From assembly GCF_009914755.1 (NCBI RefSeq), contig NC_060926.1: a stretch of DNA of 64,000 nucleotides; one strand, written 5' to 3'. This document shows positions 55,780-64,000 of the stretch, piece by piece. Origin of the DNA: the human T2T-CHM13v2.0 reference genome, Homo sapiens. The notes beneath the pieces are model-generated. The model made no database searches. It worked only from the letters and a program-made list of their open reading frames with translations, and was not told where the DNA came from. The first letter of the stretch is position 1. Each line of letters begins with the position of its first letter. The position numbers were made by a program, and so were the translations under genes.

Positions 55780-56585
55780 CCCACTCCTACTGCAACCATT
55801 CCACCAAAATAGCTCTGCCGAAGGTCCTTGCCAAAATAAATCTGCCAAAGGTAACCTCTGTTCCCAAGTGCAAAGGATTTGTTCCAACCCCTAAATTATT
55901 GGATGTTCTGGTATATTTAATATTGTCTCTTTGCAACTCACACTCCAAGCTTCTTTCCACCGCTTTCTCCTCCTTTCTTCAGTCTGGAGTTTTGTAGAAT
56001 TTGACCTTCAACCCTCTTCTTATAATATATTCACTGTAGCTGAACTCATCAAGGGCCACAGTTTTTACCATCATTTCTTATGTTAGGAAATTGTTCATCT
56101 GGCTCTCTACACACACCTTGCCTATTCAGAGTTATACAGACAGATGCCAGTTGGACATTGTCCTGTGGATGTTCCAGAGGTTCTTCATCAAATCCCTTGC
56201 CTTATAGCATACTTAGGCACATTCTTTCTGGGTTCCTTTTTTGACACATATTGAGCCCCTATGCTCCCACCATACCAAACTGATTTATTTTTTTCCTCAC
56301 AAACATTGTGTTTCTTTCACTTCAGTGACTGAGTCCTGTATGTTTTCATGAAGCTTCTTGGAGATGGCATTCTCTTGGAAGCCTTTCTCTTGCTTCTAGG
56401 GAACTCTGTTTAACTCTACCTTAGCACTCATCACAGAGGATTATTTGCTAGTTTCCTGACTACTAGGCTTTTAGCAACCAGGCAGCAAGGACTCTGTCTC
56501 TCACCTCTGTACCAACCATGCAGCAGCATCAGTCAAAGGCTTGTCATACTAAGCAGTTCCCCAACAAAGGTTTGTTGGATGGTGG
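55780..56585. mobile_element. L2 fragments
   Basis: Pyrimidine-rich; TGGATGTTCCAGAGG, CTCTTGGAAGCCTTTC, GGCAGCAAGGACTCTGTCT..TTTGTTGGATG. Confidence 0.6.
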
Positions 56586-58459
56586 GAGGACAAGTCACTA
56601 GGGCAGAATGAAATAGCAAAGAGGACACTAGCAGGGGAGGGCTGCTCTGTCTTACCTAACATTCTCACCTTTCATCTGTTCAACCATCTTTGAGTATTTG
56701 CCTCATTTCCCTCATTCAATCAACAATACCATAATTTCATTTGAAGATGGCATGTATTTACACATAAAATAACTTTTAGAAATATGAATGGCTATTAAAA
56801 TGAAAACACCACTTATGTAGAAAACAGACTTAGTCAACTTTATGTCTGTGTTACATTGATCCACATCACATTTTGAAAGAACTTTATTTCTCTAGGTATT
56901 AACTTCTTAAATTTACTAAAGCATGGACTTCTCTATGACAAAAAGTAAATTATAATGAAATTTGATATTAACATATTGAGATATACTATGAAAATCCTTT
57001 ATGGGCTCCTTGAAACATTTATTAAATTCAATGAAAATGAATAGACATAAAACTGAATGGACTTGTGCCTGTTCTTTTATAGCTCTTTAACCTGGTAGAC
57101 CCACCTCTGATTATGAAACCACTGTGACATAAAAATGTGCAGCTGAATTTCCCAAAGGGTTCTGCCCAGCCTCTGTTACATACTACTTTTTAATTTTCTA
57201 AATAAACTTTAGTTCTTATACATACTTCTACCACCACCCCTGATATTTAGAGGAGTCGATGTATTAAAAAATAATAATTCCAATGGTGGTTCTTGGCCAT
57301 TTCTCAGGCTGCCAATGAATGTGTTCTTGTGAATAGTGGTAGTGTTAGCAGTAAAAAATAAATAATTTAAAAATAGAGTAAAACCAGAGCAAAATTATCT
57401 TTAACAAATTTGTGGTATAAAAAAGAAAAGATTGTATTAAGTATAAAATTTGACTAAGTCGTTCTTGAAAAAAAAATTTAATTTTAATTTATTTTAACAA
57501 ACAAAATGAACTACTGATCCTCAATCACATAATTTGAGGTTTTTTGGGGGGTTGGGGGAGCACTGTTCTCTGGGGCAGATTTCTCTCCCTTGGGATTAGA
57601 ACAGCATACAAGATACAGTCATTTTTGAATAGGAAGCTTCACCCAATGCCTTCACTGGTGCTCTATCTTTATCAGCACATACACAATATTCTGTCAGGTT
57701 TGCCCTCCTAAAACCACATATCTTTATTCAGATATTCTTTTGTTGCCCAAAACATGTAGCATAAAGTCAAACAGATTTATGAAGTCATTATGTAATTATT
57801 ATTTTTTGACCCGTAAGAAGAGTAGAAAAGCACAAAGGCAAAGAACAATAAATGTTTAATGCCTTACTTTCTATCTCTTCTCTTGAAGAGAAATAGGGTA
57901 CTTTACCGTTGCCCGGTTTTATTTATTATATACCACATAATTGCAGAAAACCATGGCTCATGTTTGTTAATAATAACTGCTATTAAACTTTGAATGCAAG
58001 TGAATTTTCCTGTTAGGAGAAAAACTAGAAGTATTTAGCCATCATTAAAAAAAAGGACTGTAACAATTTTTAACAAGTTGACATCTTTTTTTTGTTATAT
58101 GAAGAAGATGTGAGATAGTCTTACATATTAATAGTTAATAATAAAATGTAGTGCCTGTATGTTTAGGAATACTCCCATTATCACATATATCCCATAACTT
58201 AAAAACATCAAGTGTTAACTAAATCAAAGTAACTAACAATGGAGGATTCATATTATAAATTTAAAATTTCAAAACAAACATAGCCATATAGAAATCAAAT
58301 AGTAAAACCTGTAAAGTAGAGGGGTATGCCTTTCCAGATTCATTATACCTTTGTTACTATAGTTTATCTGATTTGCACTTTAAAAAACTGAGGACTGTAT
58401 TAGTACCTTCCTCATCTGTATGTCAGCACATCACATACATGCATTTAAAACAAATGGAG

Positions 58460-61400
58460 TCGGGACTTCCGGATTCACAGAATGAGGACCTGTGTAAATC
58501 AATCTATCCAAAAAAGTAACAAAAATACTAGCAAAAATTGTAAAGGTCAACTTTTTTATAGCAGTCAAAATTGACCAAAGTCTTGTAACAATCGGATAAG
58601 TATTTATTTAAAAAAATTAGAACTGCTGAATCTTTATGAGAACAACAGTCGTCAGTATTGTAACTTGACCTACTCCCATTCCCTTCTCTTCAGTTTTACA
58701 GTAGTCTGAGAACGAGCAGCCTCAAAACAATGATAGTTGTGAAAACTACCAGCCTTGTTGTTGTGGAAAGGGAAGATTGGGTTTACAGTTCCACAAACAG
58801 TGCTAGTCTCAAAGCATCATCACTATTGACCTATCTCCCAGCTCTATCAGAAGCCCTATTTGCAGAGTATGTCATTATTTGACAAATGTCCGTGCTTACT
58901 CCATGGGAAAAGCCCTGTTTCCCAGGTGTTCATCATAAACAATCAGCAACAATTGTTTAATATCACAACTCCATGAGGCTGCAATATCAGTGAGGAAAAC
59001 AAGAACCTGGACAAAATCTTTAAAAAAACACATAAGAAGTTAGAGACTACGATATGGGGCATGGGATGTCAATGGGACTTTTGAAAGTGTTGATATGGAT
59101 TTAGAAAACCCTACACATCTGCAGAACCATTTGTATGCATGCCCAGGAGAGACCTGAGAGAGCTACAGTTTCTCATTTTGTTCATGTTGAGGCCCTGAAC
59201 ATGCAGGAAGTGAGTGGTAAGGCACAGTTGTAAACTGCCTACATGGTAAACACTTTCCCAGCACACACTTATTGGAAAAAGGGGGAAGATAATTCACTGA
59301 AAAATAGCAAAAACAATACAGCAACAGTAATAAATGCCAGAGAAGGGAGTAGGCAGGCAGGAATCTCTTTTATAAAATTTGTACATGATTTTTTTTAAAT
59401 GTCCAATTTTCAACCACAATGTATATGATACACAAACTAACAGGAAAGTGAAGCCCCTATATAGGGGGAAAACATAAATCTGCTACATAAGCAGTTGATG
59501 TAACAATTCTTAAGAGAGACAGATGTTGGGACTACTGAAAAAAGAGCTTAAATCAACTGTTATCAACATATTGGAAGAACTAAAGAAAAACGTGTAGATA
59601 ATGAATGGACAGTATGATAATGAAGTCTTACCATATTAAAAAATATCAATAAAGAGATGGAAATTATACTAATGGACTAAATATAAATCCTGGGGTTAAA
59701 AAGTGTAATAAATGAAAATTCACTAGTGAGGTATAGTAGCAGAGTATAGTAGCAGAAGAAAAAAATCAGTGAACTCAAAAATAAATAATAGAGAATATTC
59801 TGTCTGAGGAACAGAAAGAAAAAAAAGAAGAAATAATTGTGGAAAACTTCCCAAATTTGATGAAAAACATTAATCTAAAAATCTAAAAACCTCTACAGAC
59901 TTCAAGTAGGATGAACTCAAGGAAGTACACACCTAATCACTTTGTAGTCAAAGGTAAAGAGAGAAACTGGTAAGAGAAAAAAAAATGACTTATCACATAA
60001 AAAGGCTCCTCAATGTGAGTCATGGCTGAGTTCTCATCAGAAATCATGCAGTCTGGAAGGTAATAAAATGAGACATTCAGGGTGTTAAAAGAGAAAAATG
60101 TTAATCATGAATCTTATATTCCACCAAATTAACTTTCCAAATTAAAAACAGAATTCCTTGCTAGCATACCACTCCAAAAGAAACACTAAGGACATTGTTC
60201 AGGCTCAAATAAGAGGAAATTAGATAATAGATTCAACCACAGGAAGAAATAAAAAGCACCAGTAAAGGTAACTAATTTGGTAAATATAAGAAATAGTGTA
60301 AATGTATTTTGGTAATATTTTCTCCTCTTATATAATTTGAAAGACAACTACATAGCAATTATTTTAAAAATGTGTTGATGGGCATATAATGTCTAAAGCT
60401 CTCATTAGCATAACAATAATAGCGCAAAGAAAGGGTAAATCCAGCAATGTTAGAACAAATCTTCTGTATATTATCTAAATTACATTAGTATTAATCTAAG
60501 CTAGATTATTTTCAATTAGAATGCTAAATGTAACCTGAAGGCAACCATCAATGCAAAAAATATATATACACAAATACAAAATAAACAATGGGGAAATTTA
60601 AATGGTACACTAGCCAGGTGCAGTGGCATGTGCATGTAGTCCCAGCTATTCAAGAAGCTGAGTCAGGAGTACCGCTTGAATCCAGCCTAGGCAACATAGC
60701 AAGACCCACTATCAAAATAAATGAATTTATATATATAACTTACATATAATTAAAATAATATACTAGAATATATGTATTTAGCATAAAAGAGCAGTGACAG
60801 AGAAAGTAACAAAGGTGAGACATATATAGAAATAGTACCAAAATGACAGAGATAAATCCTACTTTATCACTAATTGCATTAAATATAAATGGATAAAACC
60901 CTACAATCAAAGATAAAAATTGGAAGAATGGATAAATGTATGACATGGCTATGTGCTGTCTAGAAGTAAGACACTTTGGATCCAAAGATACAAATAGATT
61001 GAAAGTAAAAAGATGGCAAGAGATACATCATGCATACAGAAACTTAAAGGGAGCTGGGGTCTATAATATTAGACAAAAAGATTTCAAAACAAGTATAATA
61101 AATATTAGATTAGAAATAAATACAGGACAGAGAAACAATAGACTTTATCTTAAAGTCTATCAGGAATTATAATATATACTTCTTCGATGAAAGGAATAAA
61201 TTCCTATAAACATAAAAACAACTGAAAATTATTCAAAAAATAGAAAATCTGAAGATACATATAATAAGTAAAGATATTAAATTAGGACTCTTAAAATTTC
61301 CCACAAAGAAAACCTGAGGGCAAGATGCCTTCACTGATAAAATCTACCAAACATTTAAGAATAGTTAATATCAATCATTTGAAAACTTTTCCAAAAAAGT

Positions 61401-61770
61401 AGAATGCAAAATCTTGCAGGATTTAATAACAATGTACAAAAATCAGTTGTACTTATCGACATTCATTACAAACAATCTGAATCTAAAAGAAGACAATTTG
61501 ATTTACAGTGCAATCCAAAATAGTAAAATACATACGGAATCTAACAATAAAGGACAGTATGACTTGAACACTGAAAACTAAAATACATTATTGAAAGGAA
61601 TTAAATGAATACAAGATTTCTTCTTAGAGTAATAAATATGTTCTAAAATTGGAATGTGGTTGATGGGTGCACAACTGTGAATACGCTCAAAAACATTAGA
61701 TTGCATATTTCAAGTGGGTAAATTTTATGGTATGTAAATTAGATCTCCATAAAGCTGTTAAAAATTTTAA
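58460..61770 (+). mobile_element. Ancient L1M (5' region, ORF1, deleted ORF2, 3' end)
   Basis: GAAAACTTCCCAAATTTGATGAAAAACAT, TTCTCATCAGAAATCATG, AGATTGAAAGTAAAAAGATGG. 3' end TGTTCTAAAATTG..TGCACAACT..TTTTATGGTATGTAAATT..CATAAAGCTGTTAAAAA. Confidence 0.85.
60612..60722 (+). mobile_element. Alu right-arm fragment (FRAM/AluJ-like, internally deleted)
   Basis: AGCCAGGTGCAGTGGCATGTGCATGTAGTCCCAGCTA..GCTTGAA|TCCAGCCTAGGCAACATAGCAAGACCC. Confidence 0.8.
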
Positions 61771-62796
61771 AAAGCTGCTAAGCTTGTATTATATTTGTGT
61801 TTTTAAATTTGCATCTTATCCATAACACTGTATATTGCCCAGTGATGTGAATTCCGTCCCATGGTTAGTTGAATCCCCAGTTAATGCCCAGTTTTTGGTT
61901 TATTGATACAGACAACTAAACATTTACTCAATACATAAACAAAAATGTCATCTTTTCAAATTATAAATCTGAATTAGGGCAAAAGATTGTCTTTTTAACT
62001 TTTTAACTCCTGTAGAATCATTACCTGGAATAATACTGCTCCATCATGACCACTCAACATGTAATTATTGGATAAACCATTAATATACAGACAGACAAAC
62101 AGATAACCTACTCATTTTGCTGGGCAATATGCTATGATGATAATTTTGAAGGCTCCAGAATAGGACCAAACTTTTTCTGTCTCTGGAACTATCTGATGCT
62201 GTGCTTTAGTAATTTGAGATTTACAATTTGTATCTGACATACAGCTTCATTTCATGTTTTAAATTTCTGTTTGTCAAAGAATGCTCTAATAAATCTAAAA
62301 CTTTTATACAAAATTCTCTTCTGTATAGTTCACAGTATAAATTACGCATAAGATGATTAATTTTTTTCAAGACAGTCTTATCCAGTTCTACCACTGTTAT
62401 CTACTACAAGTCATCTCTCAAAATATATCAATCAAAAAATTCATGTTTGGGATGCCTACCAAATTCCTTCCCCAAATAAAATTCTTCTGTTTCCTCCCCA
62501 AAGTAAAGTCTCATTGCTGTGAGAGAAAATAAGGAAACATAATCCCCAGATATTTTAGAAATCTTAGAATGGACATTCTCATTCTGCCTTTATTCGTTTC
62601 TGTTTTAATTCCTGAATAACATATGCATATTGCTTAGTATGGCACATCCACTTAACAGTATATTTTCTTAATATTCCATCAGGTAGAGTTATTTTTTCAG
62701 AAGGAGACCCTTCTCAAGTGGGTCTTGTTGGCATTTTCCTGTTCTTATGAATCCCTGCATGGCTATTGATCCCTTCTTAAGAAAATCTATAACAAC

Positions 62797-62799
<3 letters not shown>

Positions 62800-62830
<31 letters not shown>
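62800..62830. repeat. (CA)n microsatellite
   Basis: Uninterrupted CA run. Confidence 0.95.
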
Positions 62831-62834
<4 letters not shown>

Positions 62835-64000
62835 ATAACTTGTTAAAAAATATATACACACGTTAAGATTATATTACAAATGAGTAAGGGAACAGCTAAC
62901 AAAATTCCTGCTCAAAGGAAGATTTATCCTATTGCAGGGGCTAGGACTTCTTCAACCTGTACACATTCCCATTAGCAAAGTGGGGTTTCATTTTCTCTGA
63001 TAACATCTTCAGGTGCGTGTGTGCGTGTCCTGGGGGTGTGTTCCAGTGGCTTGCCTGCTGCTGGTCACAGGGGATCCTGAGTCTTTGGCTGCTCTTTTGG
63101 TTCCCCGCTATCAGCTTGAATTTTTTGAGAGCAGGGTTCCAGGAGTTGCAGAAAAGGCCAAGAAGGGCTGACCTAGATGAAACATCATCAGTCATAATAA
63201 ATAGCAGATAGAAACAATTTTCACGTTGTTAGATCATCAAAAGTGAAACAGAGAAAGCTGAGGGCTCGCCTGTAACCTTCAATTGTAAATAAGAAAATTA
63301 CTATATTCTATCAAAATGTGTGTTCTTGTTCCGTTGTCTGGACTGACTCTGTCTGCCCAAGTACACCCTTAGTCCAGGTAATGGCTCTATCATGAATGGT
63401 GCCTTTCATATATCTAACATAGAAAAGCTCATTTGGCTTCAAGCACTGTAATACAAATGTTCTAATTTAATGCGTGAGTGGTTTTGATTCGGCCAGTTAT
63501 TATTCATATTGTTGGTTATGGCTATGGCCTCAATGAGTCTTTTGAATCAGTACCTTAGTTATAATACCTCAGGTTTTGATTTCAGTTTGTATAGCTACTC
63601 TTTTCATTCTATTTCCAATAAATATATCTTGACTTTTGTATCTCTTAATTCTGAATGATTCGTATTTTGTCGTTTGAGGTCATCGCTAAAACAGTATCAG
63701 GCATCCACCTGGCTCTCCAACTTGCAGCGATGGTACCTTTCCTTCTTGCACTTAGTTCTCTTGCCAAGAGAGACCACTCCTGGTGCCCATTAAAGTGAAG
63801 CATTTCCCTGTCTCTGGACTTTAATTCACCTGTTACATTGAGTGATCAGGTCTCTCCTGATTACATGAGTCTGATAATCTTTTCAAATTCAGCTCTAAAT
63901 TTAACTTTAACACAGACCTTTGCTTCTTTATTTCATCAGTTGCAAGCAAACTCTTGTTTCTGAATCTGTATCCCTGGCGTATGTTTTGGACTCTCCGGCA

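Overview
AT-rich primate genomic DNA, almost certainly human because it carries an AluYb8. No protein-coding gene can be supported. The only recognisable protein ORF (501-1103) is the C-terminal remnant of L1 ORF2p, and the other ORF-track entries look like chance frames or Alu/LTR translations. More than half of the window is interspersed repeat: L1PA/L1M, Alu, MaLR and MLT2/ERVL LTRs, an ERVL internal segment, L2, MIR, and the DNA transposons MER6, MER20 and MER58. A ~20 kb nested TE block spans 34.4-54.2 kb. What repeat annotation does not explain is a cluster of locally templated copy events. (i) A ~280 bp copy of nearby sequence sits between inverted arms at a (TG)n/(TA)n tract and preserves the empty site of an L1 insertion. 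(ii) An 86 bp inverted copy of nearby DNA is inserted into an MST LTR between 13 bp direct repeats. (iii) A complex rearrangement at 39.1-41.1 kb has ~465 bp inverted arms enclosing a chimeric copy of segments lying ~1.5 kb to either side, joined by a 4 bp microhomology. There is also a mosaic AluYb8/AluY element and a few weak candidate non-coding exon or regulatory signals. Subfamily names and boundaries of old repeats were judged by eye and are approximate.
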